DNA from: the human T2T-CHM13v2.0 reference genome, Homo sapiens
Length of the DNA stretch: 64,000 nucleotides
Assembly: GCF_009914755.1 (NCBI RefSeq)
Contig: NC_060942.1
Direction: 5' to 3' (one strand)
Part shown: one piece after another, positions 49,017 through 62,491 of the stretch
Numbering within the stretch: position 1 is the stretch's first letter
How the letters are laid out: every line of letters starts with the position of its first letter
Notes under the pieces: generated by a model
Told to the model about the DNA's origin: nothing
Seen by the model: the letters and a program-made list of their open reading frames with translations, nothing else
Database searches by the model: none
Translations under genes and position numbers: made by a program

Positions 49017-51843
49017 CCAGTAACCTAGTGATGCTTATATACCCTTTTTTGTAGAGGAAGGGAGATTGGGGCATAGGAATAAATGATTTCAGGGGGGAAT
49101 GAATGAACCCAAGAGACAGACATTATCTTGTGAAGGAGTCTCTGAAAATTGAATGGGACTCAAGAAAGAAAAATAATGGTTTGGGATAAAGTTCAAAGTT
49201 TGTCTAGACTCTAGGTGTGATGCTTAATTTTCAATATCTTCCTCTGTAATAGGAGTTTTAATCTTTTATTAATAACATTTCAAGGAAAGTATTGCAGGGA
49301 ATTGTTTTCTTCTTTGGGGGTCTGGTTTTTAGGCAGATAAGGGAGCTTCAGAAAATAGCTTCATTCTATGCTTTGGAAGAGACAATGTATTGTGATACAG
49401 AGGAGAGGATGAAGGTCAGAGAGGACATTAGGCTACTTCTTTAGTTTAGCATGTCATAGCAATATATTTTGGGCTGTCAGTCTCTGATCACCAACTTTTC
49501 TTTGTTTAAAATGTCCCTGTAAGTTTCACATATTTAAAATGAGTTAGTGGCTATGGAGGAAAAAATTGAGCTCATAGCTGAATGTCAGAGGATCCCATTT
49601 AAACAGTTTTCCCTTCCTGGGAATAGGACATCTAATTAAACAGTTGTGTTTTATCTTATAAGATGGTGTTGCAGATAGGCTGTCAAAGCCAGGCATTTAT
49701 ATATCATGTAGGCAAACAGATCATTAATAAAAGGGATTTCTATGAAAACAGAAGAAAAACAAAGTTAATATCTGTAGTAGTCTATAAACTAGTTTATTTA
49801 GAATTTGGAGGAGAGTCCTTTGAGATCAGTGCCTATCTCACAGATTTTTCTGGTTTGTAGTTTGTATATACAAAGTGTATCCAAATATAAGCTGTTGTAA
49901 TAATTTTTCTTCAAAGCCACGTTGGCTAACTTGCTCTAATTTTTTTTAAAGGACAGTTTTAATATTTAGTGCTTCTAAACCAGAAGAGTAGAAGAAAAAA
50001 AAGGAAAATGCTAATTTGGAAAGTCACAGCCAGATATTGGAGTAAATTAAAAATTCAGGATCCAGTCCAGATTGTAGGTAAGTAATAAGATCTCAAACAC
50101 AAGGGCTGGGCTAGGATCTAGAACTGAGTAACAGGTGCAATATAGTTTTCTTCTAAAATATAATTTTTCTCCCTGACTCCCATTTCTACCAAAGATAATC
50201 ACAGTAAGACTAATTTGTTTGCAAAATAAGTTTAGTCTTTAATCTCATTATTTACATAACTTTAGCAAGAATTGTGCTAAATTGACTATATATTTTGACT
50301 ATGGCTCTTTTTAACTTTTCTTTACTGGAATTTATTTATAGGAAACTTCAGATTAGACTTTTAAAAGGTCTCATGAGGGTTAAGAGGCAAGTCAATGACT
50401 TAGTAGCCAAGCCAACTCATCAGACTTGGTCTAAAATACCTGTACAAATTGGGTATATTTCTCTTTCTTTGAGGTTTCCAAAATATCTTGAGATTCCTGG
50501 GCCTGTTGAAAAGTGACATTCTTTACCTACCACAAGATCTTGAACACTGTAAGAAAACTAGGTATACAAAGTGCCAGACCAATTTTGTTGAAGGGACTTT
50601 TTTTTTTTCTTCATAAAAGGCAACTGTATTATCTCAAAGTAGTGTGGTCATATCTGAAAATACGACATTTCAGTCAAAGTCTTTTTGAAATGGTCAGTAT
50701 TTACAATTGTGTCCTGATACAAAAAACAAAAACAAAAACATAAAAATACTCTATTTGACCTCATACAAATAACTAAATTTTCATAAAACGAGAATATTCA
50801 CAAATAATTTCTGAATTTCAGAGGAATCAGATGGAGAGAAAGGTAAATGTTTCAGTTTTTCTTACTAAGAATACTTGACTAAGTTGCTGTAAATCTATAG
50901 ATAGGTTAAAATGAAAAAGTTTTCTTAATTCTAGAAAACAAAATATTTTATCAACAATGTGTCAAATAAAACATCATTAGAAATCATTTTAGTCCTTCAT
51001 TAGTTCAGCCCCACATATTCTTGTTCTGCTTGATGTCAAGTAAGCAATTTTATGAGTCCAGTTTTTATTTTTCATTAAAGTTTTAGAATTTTTACCCAGT
51101 CAAATGGTATGTTCCCAAAGTTGTCAGAAACCTGAGTTTAAGGGTACTTGTTTCAGTCTTTTCCATCAACCTCCTTGAAGAAACAGCACTAGGATTTGCA
51201 AAGTGGTTTCAGAAAAAAAGAAATCAGAAGAAAGAAATTTACTGTAGGAAGCCAAGTTTTCAAATGGCCATAGTTAAAGACACAATTGACAAGGAAATTT
51301 TGTCATTTTCAATGTTCTACAACAATCAAATGTACTAATCATAATTATGACTGATAACGTATACCAATACATATCAGAATTTTAGCATTTTATATAATAT
51401 TATATAATTTTGGAAAATATATTGAGAACTTGCATACAAATATAACAAAGAAAGTTAAACATTATTTCTTATTTGAAACTGTTTCCCATGTAATCTAGCA
51501 ATTATATTAGTCAATTATTATCTCTTTCAGATGCTTAAGAGGTCCTCCGGACCATCCCAAACTTAGTTTGCAGTCAAAAAGACTTAATATTGATTTTAGG
51601 AATTTTTTTTTTCAAAAATAAGTCTTTAAAACACTTACTCAGAATAAAGTCACATTATTGTAACATAAAAGTCTTTAATTTAGCCAAAGTGATTATTAAA
51701 ATATTTCAAAAAGCAAATATCTTCAGTCTTTCATAAAGAAGACACATAGTTTTCTAAATAATCAGAAGACTTAATAAAAGACAGTAAGGCATACAGAATT
51801 TCTCTTTGTCTTTTCAGTAATTTTTAGTTTATTCAAATGGTGA

Positions 51844-52201
<358 letters not shown>

Positions 52202-55200
52202 AGAAAAAGGTTGTTTAAAGGAGAACACCACGTCTTAGTTTTGTGTTAGTGTACTTTTGATATTAAGGCTCAATTAAAAAAAGGAATATTTATAATACAT
52301 TTATTTAATTTTAGTGAGTTTGATTACACATAAAATTTATTTTAGGAGATTTACTTTTTATAACTCATATTTTTTATTTGTTGTTTTATTTATATCATTT
52401 TATTTCTTTATTTATAAACAACATTTAAATAATGTGTAGATAAATTACCTGTCATAAAAACCCCATTCTTATGTCTTTTTCAAATCTTCTTCACCAAAAA
52501 TATATCTTATCCTCTCTGCATACTTTTCTTTATTTTTAGTAGTTTCAATTACATATATTAATTACAATTTTAACTTTTAATAACTCTAATTTACCATGAT
52601 AAATCTAGGAAGTAAGCGATTTAAATTTGTATCATATTAGTATTTGTAAAATAAAATTGTTTTATAATTTTTAGAAATACAAGCTTTTTATAGAACACTT
52701 TTATGTAGAATAGAACATACTTAATCACATACCCAAATATTTTATTTTTAAAATAAATTTAGAAAGCAAATACATTTACAGCTATATATAGTAGTTTATG
52801 TTCTAGTATTTTATTTATTTCTTTAATATAAATGACTCAGATATTTTATGATTATCTATTACTTGATTTAGCATTACATGATTTTGATTTTAAATTACTG
52901 AAAGATTTTTGAAACTATGACACGATCATTTGAGAACATTTATCCTATTTATATTTACCTAATGTATTCACTTTTAACAAATACATTTTAGTTGTTTTTG
53001 AAAATTAAAGTTAGCCATTTAAGTTTTTTTTTTTTTTTTAACAAAAGCAAAACTTGGCTCATCCTGCCTCATTAACTGTTATTTTGAGCCTGGATTTACA
53101 CAATAGGTGTGGAGCCCCGGACTGAGGACAGCACTGTGAAGGTGACTCTTGGATTATCCAGCTCCTCTCAGTATGACCAAGAGGCAGAGCTGGGCAATGG
53201 AGGATGGCGCCATATCAGATTTGGCTCTACTGTATAGCTGATAGCCCAGGTGCTGCAGACACACATATGTCTGCAGGCCTCACCCTGGCCACATATCTGA
53301 CCCTAGAATCAAAAGGCTCAAAACCAAAGACATAAGCTCATAGCAAGATTTGTCCAAGGCTATATGGGGACCCAGAAGGCAGCCCTCATAGCTTTAACTC
53401 ACAGACAAATCAAGCAAGGGTCAAAAATATTATAGAAGCAACTATTTTATGACCTTATAACACCTATTAGAGACAGTATAAATCTTTCTGGCCCATAGGC
53501 CCAAGCAAAAATGCCTACATTGAAATCAGATTTTTTTAAAATTTTAAACTAACTTTATTTACCAAAGATTATTAAAATGACACGAATTTAAAAGACTTTG
53601 AGCTAGTTATTCACTTAATTTATGAATGTTAATGCTAAATCTATTTGTTGCCATCTAGACAATACACAAACACATGTACAGATATATACACACATGTAGT
53701 AGACATATAACACACATATCTGCACATGTATTCAAAAGCCAAAGAGATCAGGGACCTCAGTGTGAAAGAGAGTAGGACTTTAGATCAGAGAGGAACCTGT
53801 TTATGACACTTGGTTTTCTGTGAGAAAGACAGAGGACTCCAAAAGAGGGGGTCAGTGATGCTGTTTTTGTTGTGCTTCAGATGGTTTTAGAGTCACTAGA
53901 AGTCTCTTTTAGATTCCTTCAAGTGGTATTAAATGTGGCAAAAGAAAGGAAGGGCAGAAGTAAATGAAAGAACAAGTCTTACAGGAGGCAGTTTGGGGAG
54001 ATCTTAAGTTTTCAGTTAACAGAGGTTAGAGTGGGGAAAAAAGTGGGAGGCAGGTGGGTCTAGTCAACTAAGACATTTCCATGTGACAGATAGAATTCAA
54101 AAGAGAACAAAGAAGTTAAAAATACATGTATATGTTGAAACATTGGCTATTAGTTAAGCCAACTTCTGCCCATAGAGCTTTAAGAAAGGAAAGCTTTTAA
54201 ATATTTTATTATTAGATTTTTATCTAGGACAAGCAGCAAACTTTTTGCTGTCTGAGCAGACAGCCTTTTACCTGAGCCAAGGGAACGGAGGTGGAGGGAG
54301 CCACAGCAGCTACTCTGCAGGAGCACCTGCCAGGCTTGCTTGTGGCTTCTGATTTGAGTGGTGGCTGAAGGCGTCTCTTTTGAGTCACATAATTATTTAC
54401 ATTTCTAGGGGACCAGTTTTCTGACCAGGAGTTAAACCCAGGCTACAGCAATAAAATAATGAAATCTTAACTACCAGACCACAGACTGGAATGGCAGTTT
54501 TGTAAATCATGCAGAGAATAAAAGTAGGGAGCTTGAGTGTATAAATGATTTTAACTTTGGTTCTAGGTCATACTTCTGTTTTTTGTTTTGTTTAATTTTC
54601 TCAAAACTGTTTCTGAGGCTAGGTATGACATTATTATGTGTCTTTTAAAATTTGATCATCCCATAAATACAAATAAGGCAATTGCTTAGGGTGAGATATC
54701 TGCAAAAGTATTTTCAAATGTATAAATCTTTTTTAAATCGAAAGTTCTGTTGTCTGACCATTGACAATGAGGATTTCTAATTGTGCATTTATGTCAATAG
54801 TGTCTCAGTCCAATAAACCTCTTCATAGAAAGACCAGGAATTAATTTTCCAGGCTTAGAATAAGTTTTAACCATATAAGCAACACATATTTCTGGAGGGG
54901 GCATAGAAGAGGCAGCCCCCAACTTCCACCAAAATTTACTTCCAGAGATATGCTAACATAGCAAAGGATCTTCGTTACGATGGGCAGTTAAGGATGATGT
55001 TTGTGGGGATAATAACTCCAATCTCCTCCTGAGCACATGGACATGTAAACATGTTGGTCCCAGACCCACTAAATCTGTGACATTGGGCAGGCATGTCTGG
55101 GATTAGACTTTCCCTGCACTAAACAAGCAACAAAATTGAGACAACAAAATTCCCTTTTGTATGAGACTCTAAATTAAGATAAACTCCTCTGAGAGCTTGG

Positions 55201-55851
55201 CATGTTTAGAATAAAGAGTATGCTGCTTCATATTTTATATGTGTTGGGGTTCCCAGACCTTTCAGCCCGTCCACTGAACATGACCTGAGAATCACATACT
55301 CCTGAGTGGTGGAGACCAAGAGAGAGTGCTCTCACTTGGTCATAAGTCAAGCTCTCAAGGACATAAAACAAGACTAGAGGGCAACCTTATCTGGTTTTTA
55401 TTTTGAGGATCCAGAGCACAAGTTATCTAAACAGATGCTGGTCTGATGAAAACTGTGAAACTTACCAGTTTGTGAAAGGCTCACACAATGGGCTTATGGG
55501 GGCTCCCATTTCTACCCCATGGTACCTCTCTTTATTACAAAATGACAGGAAGTCAAAGACAAAGGAAAAAACAGACTATTTCTGGGAGAAAAAAGGATCA
55601 TATCATGTGAATATTTATAAAACACACACACAAGAGTTGCCAAACCTAAGATGAGTCATACAAATGCTTTTCTTGCATTAATCTTAAATTTGGAAAGAAA
55701 AAAGAGACAAGCAGAATTTTTATTGTCTGCTGGACAAAATTCCATAGGCAGAGATCCACCGGAAATCTGACTGGTAAGACCCTTTTGCTGGCTTGTCAGG
55801 TCCTGGGTTCCCTTGACTGCAGCTCACAGAAGAGCAGAGTAGATTTGGTTT

Positions 55852-55869
55852 ACCCTGTTCCCTGTGCCA
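55852..55869 (-). other. Retroviral primer-binding site, tRNA-Ser-like
   Basis: TGGCACAGGGAACAGGGT lies 4 nt after the LTR end. It matches 15/18 to the recalled complement of the tRNA-Ser(UGA) 3' end (TGGCGCAGCGAGCAGGGT). Confidence 0.6.
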
Positions 55870-57079
55870 AACCTGTAGGGGCCAAGAGGGAGATTTTCTC
55901 TTCACTCACTGAAGGTTCACACAAAATGAACTGACAAAGGGCAGATCAATAGGAAAAAAAAAGCCATACAAATTCATTTCAACATGCATAACACTGGGAA
56001 ATTGCAGGAGAATGCCCAATAACTCAATGGAGTGTAGATGCTTATATACTTTTTTATAGGGGAAGGGGAGGTGGAGTATAGAAGGAAATAACTTTTAGGG
56101 GAGAAAGAATGGACTCAGGAGGCAGACATTATCTTGTGAATGATACTCTTTCAAAATTGAATGGGATCAGCGAACAAAATATGGCTTGGGACAAAGTTTG
56201 AAATCCTTCTGGGCCCTAGGTGTGGTGTTTAATTTTCAGTCTCTTTCTCTGTTATATGAATTTTAATCTTCTCTGGTTAATGAAATTTCAGGGAAGAGAT
56301 GGAAAGCAATTGCATTCCTTTTTTGGAGATCTGGTTTCTCCATAGATAAGGGAGCTTCAGAGAACAGCCTCATTCTGTGCTTTGGGAGAGACAGAGGACT
56401 AATAGACAAAAGGGATGGGGTTGGGGCAGGAGTCAGAGAGGTCTTGAGGCTGCTTCTTTAGTCCAGCATGTCAAAGCACCATATTTTAGGGTATCATATT
56501 TTAAGCCCCAACATTTCCATAGAATGAGAAATGGCATTGTTACCATGGGCTTGTGGTCAATTGAGACAACAAAAAAAAATTGCTATAGAATGGGTTTTCT
56601 GCTTGAACTGGCATTGTTTATGAACCACTGCAGTGAAAGAGTCCTTGTCACATGCAAGTGTGTTGGACATCTTGCTCCCCAAACTCTCTCTTTTCTTGAC
56701 ATCTTTCTACTTCTCTTTGCCTTGTTCTTGTTCTTCTTTGAATGCCAGAAGAATGCTCTTTCTGGCATTCTTCCAATATTAATTTAAACATCACCACTTT
56801 TTAAAGAGGTCCTGGAATAGACCTCTCTAAATCAGCCGAAATCTCCATTCTAGTTAATCTCCATTATATCACTGTACTTATTCACTTAATAACAAAGGCA
56901 GCGCTATTACTACCTATAAAAAACTGGTTTTATTTCTTTGTTTGCTTATGTATCAACTGTTATCTCCTGCTGGAATATAAACTACATTAGGAGTATGTTT
57001 TTCTGTTTTTATCTATTTTATACAAAGCTATTAACCTATAATTGGCACTCAAAATTTTTTGATAATTTGTCCATGTATG

Positions 57080-57840
57080 TATTCATCTATATATTCATTC
57101 ATATATCAAATAAACATTTACTTAGCATTTACTATAGGCCGGGCATTTTTTTTTAAGGCATAGGGGACATAGAAAAATACAAAATAAAAAATCTCTGCCC
57201 TTATGACTATTGCAGTCTAGAGATGGAGACAAATAATAAACAAATAGACAGGTAACAGATAGCATATGAGAAGTGGATATGTGCTATGGAGAAAAATAAA
57301 GCACACAAGAGAATGGTTGCCATTTGGAAGGGAGGTTTTATGTTACATATGGTAATAAAAGAAGGCCTCAAGGTGAATGTGATATTTGAACAGAACACTG
57401 AAAGAAGTGGAATATTTACTGTAATTAAAAAAAGGAATATTTTAAATGGTCTAAAGAGAAGTGATCTGGCTCTTATTTTAGAAACATCATTTTGGCTCTT
57501 GGACTGAATATGTATTGTAGGGGGCAGGATCTTGTGGAAGTAAGGAGACGATAGTACACAGTATATAATTGTCTAGGTGAGAAGTAACATTGCTTTTGAC
57601 CAGGATATTAGTAGTAAAGTTCAGAAGACCTGTTTTATATATTTTCAAGTTACAACATATAGAATTTACTGATGAAATAGACATATAATGTGAAAAAAAA
57701 AGAGAAGGTTAAGGGCGACACCTAGATTTTTGGCCTGACTCCTTAGAAGGATGGAACTGCCAGTTACAGAGAAGAGCTGTGGGAAAAACAGGTTTGGGGT
57801 TAACGAGTATAACTGGGGTATGTTAAGATGATAGACGGTT
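57080..57840 (-). mobile_element. L2 LINE 3' remnant
   Basis: ATTCATTCAT...AATAAACATTTACTTAGCATTTACTATAGGCC and GATTTTTGGCCTGA...GGATGGAACTGCCA are L2-type motifs. Confidence 0.65.
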
Positions 57841-58599
57841 AGGGAGACCATCCTGCTTCTGAAGTTTGTTCAATTTCTTTCAGTTTAAAATACTCAATAT
57901 GTCAAGGTGTCATATTTTGGGGCAGCATTTCCTGTACTCCATTATTAGAATATGGGCCTTCGTGATGCTGCAGGAGCAGGAAGATGTAGAGGTGACAGGA
58001 AGAGGCCCCTCTGGTATTGGGTTAAGAAACAGTTAATCAAGAATTGATATTTAACTGAGACCTGAATGATATGTAAGAGTTAGCTAAGTCAAGAATAGAA
58101 TTTAGAGTGTTCATTTGCTTATTCTTGAAATTCAGCTCATGTAATTCTGTTTCTGGGATTTGGAGAGATAATTGTTATTTCAAAATGGGCAGCAAATTTA
58201 TTAATCTATGTAAGTATACATTTTTATTAAAAAGCTTGTCACATAAGCTTTTTATAAAAATAATAAATACATACATCTTTATTTATTTGTTATTTATTTC
58301 TTTATTAGATGCCACTGCCATTCTTTCTTATAATCCCTCTCCCACCTCCATCAGACACTCCCATAAACTCATTCCAGTGAAATGTTTTTCTTTGAAATAA
58401 TACAAAACAAAGGGAAGATGGATTTGAGTTTGGGGAATTTTATTTACAAAGGAAAATTTTGTTTACGAAGGAAAGATAAGATGTATTACACATTTCGTGG
58501 AATAACTTGAATAAATTAATAGAAAGTTATCTTGCAGTGCATTTTGACCTTGCAAGTATTCTAAATGTACAGTATTATTACAGTATTGTGAATGAATAC

Positions 58600-58998
58600 T
58601 GTTGTGTGCCCACATGCTCCTTCAGGACCACAGCCCTAATTTTCCCAACTATCTGGAGCATCCTTTCCTCTGGAAGTTGCCTTCTGATGAAAGAAATCCA
58701 TCTTCCAAGGATAGCCGTCCTTTCTAGGGTCAGCACAGATCTAATGAATATTTAATGCTGGGGTACAAGGGATTGTCTTGCACCTCAAGTCAGGACACCT
58801 CTGAAAAGCCATCTCAGCTCTATAAATCTCTATGAGGTTGGCTGAGGGCTCTGTTGAAACTGCATGAGTTCAGTATCTTCTTCAACCCAGTTCTACTTTC
58901 CTCACTCCTTTAAAGATATTATTTTTAAAGATACTACTCAGTAAACCTTCTGTAAGCACATTTCTGCTTCAGAATCTATTTCCTGAGGAACTGTGACA
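58600..58998 (+). mobile_element. LTR16-like ERVL LTR relic
   Basis: End motif AGTAAACCTTCTG...CTTCAGAATCTATTTCCTGAGGAAC. Confidence 0.45.
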
Positions 58999-59889
58999 GA
59001 CAGAATCATTTAAATCATCTGCAGTAGATTGCTGTAGCAAATGGCATTTAGACACCCCAGTTAGAATTGAGAATGTTCCCTTTGCTAAAAATGCTATTAT
59101 AATTTTGGATTAAATCAATAAAAAATATCCTTCATTCCCATGTTGTGAGTTCTTGTTAACATGGGCTGAGTTTGGATTTTGATTCTCTAGCTCTCATCAC
59201 TAGACAAATGAATAGATGAATGTATAATGCCTGATCGGAGAGAATAACCTAAAGCCTCAGATGAAAGGCCCTACCAAATGCTCCCATTGTTTTTTGAGGT
59301 GTTCTTCTGTCTTCTGAAATTTTAGAACTTTAATCTGGACATTCTCTTTAGGAAGGCCAAGTAGAAAACATCCAGAATAGGACACAGATGATCCAAATTA
59401 TGGAGGGCCAAGATGCCAATCTCACGTACTTAAAGGATTTAGTAAAGAAATAGATTTAGCCCTAAGAAGTTGAAGTCACATTGGACATCTAAAGATACGA
59501 TGAATGGAAATTATAAAGATGCAGCTGCTGCTCATTAGCAAGATAACTGGTTCACATTTGGAAAAATATATCCTGTGAGGTCCTAAATGCACAGAACAAA
59601 CTGAAATGAAGGTGACCAGGAGCCAAGGATGATGCAGAAGAGATACAGGGATTGTCCTGCTTTGATTTTGCAACATCGAGACTTGCACCAGGAAGGGTCT
59701 TAGTTTGAAGTTCATGTCTATACAATGCGGTAGTCTACACAAAAAGAGAAATACATGCACCAAATGTATTTATGGTAAATGAATAAATGCATAAATCTGT
59801 ATACTAGTTTTCATAGTTGTGGTTATGGAGATAAATGTTCTAAGATGACATTGCACCTTAGCTTTGGTTCATTTATTTTCACTGTTTTA

Positions 59890-61420
59890 GAGCATTACAT
59901 ATAGGACAATGTGTTTATCATTCTTTTTATGGAAGTACAACTGTGGTAGTTTATTTGTTTTTGTGATTACTGTTAGTACCCACAGTGCTGCTATGCATAT
60001 CTTTGTGCATGCTTCCAAGTGCACATGTGTAAGAATTTCTCTAGAATACATAAGAGGCATGACTGATCTCAAGGTGTGAGAATCATTTCTTTTAATAGAA
60101 AATGCCAAATTATTTGCTAAAGTGATCAATATTCACTTCCACCAGCAGTATGTAAAAATCAATTGCTTCCAGACAGCACCAATACTTGTCTGACTTCTAT
60201 ATGTTATACCAGCGCATTGTGCATGAAATACTCTATTATAGAGACTTTAAATTTCACTCTGTTGATTATTGAGAAATTGAGGGTCTTTTCATATAATTCA
60301 CATGATATCTTTCTTTCCTATTCTGTGAAATGCCAGATCATTGCTTATAGTGTCTTTGTTGGGGGCAGGTGCACAGGTGTTTAAAAAATCTTTTTCTAGG
60401 AGTTCTTTATATATTTTGTAGGTAGTCTTTGTTAGTTATATACGTATGAAATATCTTCTTTCAGTTTGTATTTTTTTATTTGCTTAATAACTTTTTGGAT
60501 TAATGGAAAAGTTAATTTTAATATGTTCACATTTATTTGTCCTTTATGATTTACATCTATTAAGTCTTGTTTAAGAGATTATTTTCTATGTAAGTGTTTT
60601 TGTACTGTTGTTATAACAGAATACCACTAATTGGGTAATTTATAAAGAAAGAAAGTTTATTTAGCTCATGGTTCTAAAGCTGGGAAGTCCAAAAGCATGG
60701 TGCTGGCACCTTGTGAGGGACTTCTTCCTGCATTAAGACATGGCAGAGCGCATTGCATGGTAAGCTGGTGAGAATGTGCCTGTGTGTCAGTGTAAATCTC
60801 TTTTTCTCATCTTGTGAAGCCACGAGTCTCATCAGGGAGGCTCCTCACCCCTGTGACCTTTTCTAACCCTAATTATCTCCCAAAGGTTCCACCTCCAATC
60901 AACATATGAATTTTGGAATCAAACCTCCAATACATGAAATCTGGCGGGCACAGTCAAGCCATAGCAGCAAGGTCTTTTAGAGATTCCCCGATTTTTTTGT
61001 AGTTTTGTATTTATAATTTGGATACTTACATTTACATTTTTAAACTACCTCAATGATTCCTGTTAAGAGTATGGCGTAAAGATCCAAATTCCATTTTTTA
61101 AAATGTTATGGATAAGTGATTCTTCTGGCAAAATTTATTGATGACTTTGTTTTCTCTCTTGCTACCTAGCAGTGCACTTGGTCCCTAAGCAATTTGAGAT
61201 GTAGGTCTGATTCCAACTCTAAAGGGTTTCTTATCTATACTCTCTTACTCCCATTTTTTTTCTTTATATGTTACTGTAACTACATAATAAATCTGGATAT
61301 TTGGTAGTGTTTGACCATTTTTAATACTGTAAGTGTATTGTTTATTCTTCTACTTTTCTCCTCCATACACATTTTAGCATCAGGTAATAATATTTTTTAA
61401 AAGCCTGTTGGCTTTAAAAA
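59890..61420 (-). mobile_element. L1ME-like relic interrupted by a MaLR LTR
   Basis: GCTGCTATGCATATCTTTGTGCATG...CTTCCACCAGCAGTATG...GGAGTTCTTTATATATT resembles the antisense L1 ORF2 3' region. Confidence 0.6.
60587..60966 (-). mobile_element. MSTC/MSTD-like MaLR solo LTR
   Basis: TATAACAGAATACCAC...GGGTAATTTATAAAGAAAG...GCTGGGAAGTCCAAAAGCATGG...CAAGCCATAGCA. Confidence 0.78.
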
Positions 61421-61519
61421 TCCTGTTGGGGTTTTTTTTTTTTTGGAGGCTTTTTTTCAACCCCTCCCCCACTTTATTTTATTAAGGTGAGATTCATAGA
61501 ACATAAAATTAGCCATTTT

Positions 61520-61780
<261 letters not shown>

Positions 61781-62026
61781 ATAAAATTAACCATTTTGAA
61801 GTGAGCAATCCAGTACCACTGAGTGCACTCAAATGTTATGCAACCATCACCTCCAATTCCAAAACATTTGTATCACCCTATAAGAAAACCCCATATTCAT
61901 TAAGCAGTTACACCCCTCCCGTCTCCCACTACCCCCTGGCAATCGCCAGTCTGCCTTCCATCTACATGGATTTACCTATTCTGGACATTTCACATGAATT
62001 GAATCATACAATATGTGGACAGGCTA

Positions 62027-62083
62027 TCCAGCCTGGGTGACAGTGTGAGACTCTGTCTCAAAACAAAACAAAACAAAACAAAA
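62027..62083 (+). mobile_element. Alu 3' end fragment with a (CAAAA)n tail
   Basis: TCCAGCCTGGGTGACAGTGTGAGACTCTGTCTC followed by (AAAAC)n. Confidence 0.85.
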
Positions 62084-62491
62084 CTGCAGACTATCGCTCT
62101 CTAACTGTCCCATAGGCACCACAAACTTGACAAGCCCAAAGTGAAACTCACCGCCCTCCCAAATAGCCTTGGTTGTTGTCCTTCTTGGCAACAACTTAGA
62201 TTACCTGATTTCTTCCACTTAGCCAAGCGTTTTGGGGTTCAAGCATGTTTTAGCTTGTATCAGCACTTCATTCCACTTTAGGGTTGATCCCACTCTCTTA
62301 CAACTCACAGCCAATCAGCCAGTGAATCCAGCTGAGTCTACCTTCAAAGTATTTCTAGAATGGATTCACTTCCCACTATTTCCACTGTTGGCACTTCATT
62401 CCCCCTCCCCAACATAGCATCACCTGTCATCTGGATTTTCTTACTTCTGTCCTTCATGCTTCCCACTCCCTCCCCACTCTTCCTGGTCCAG

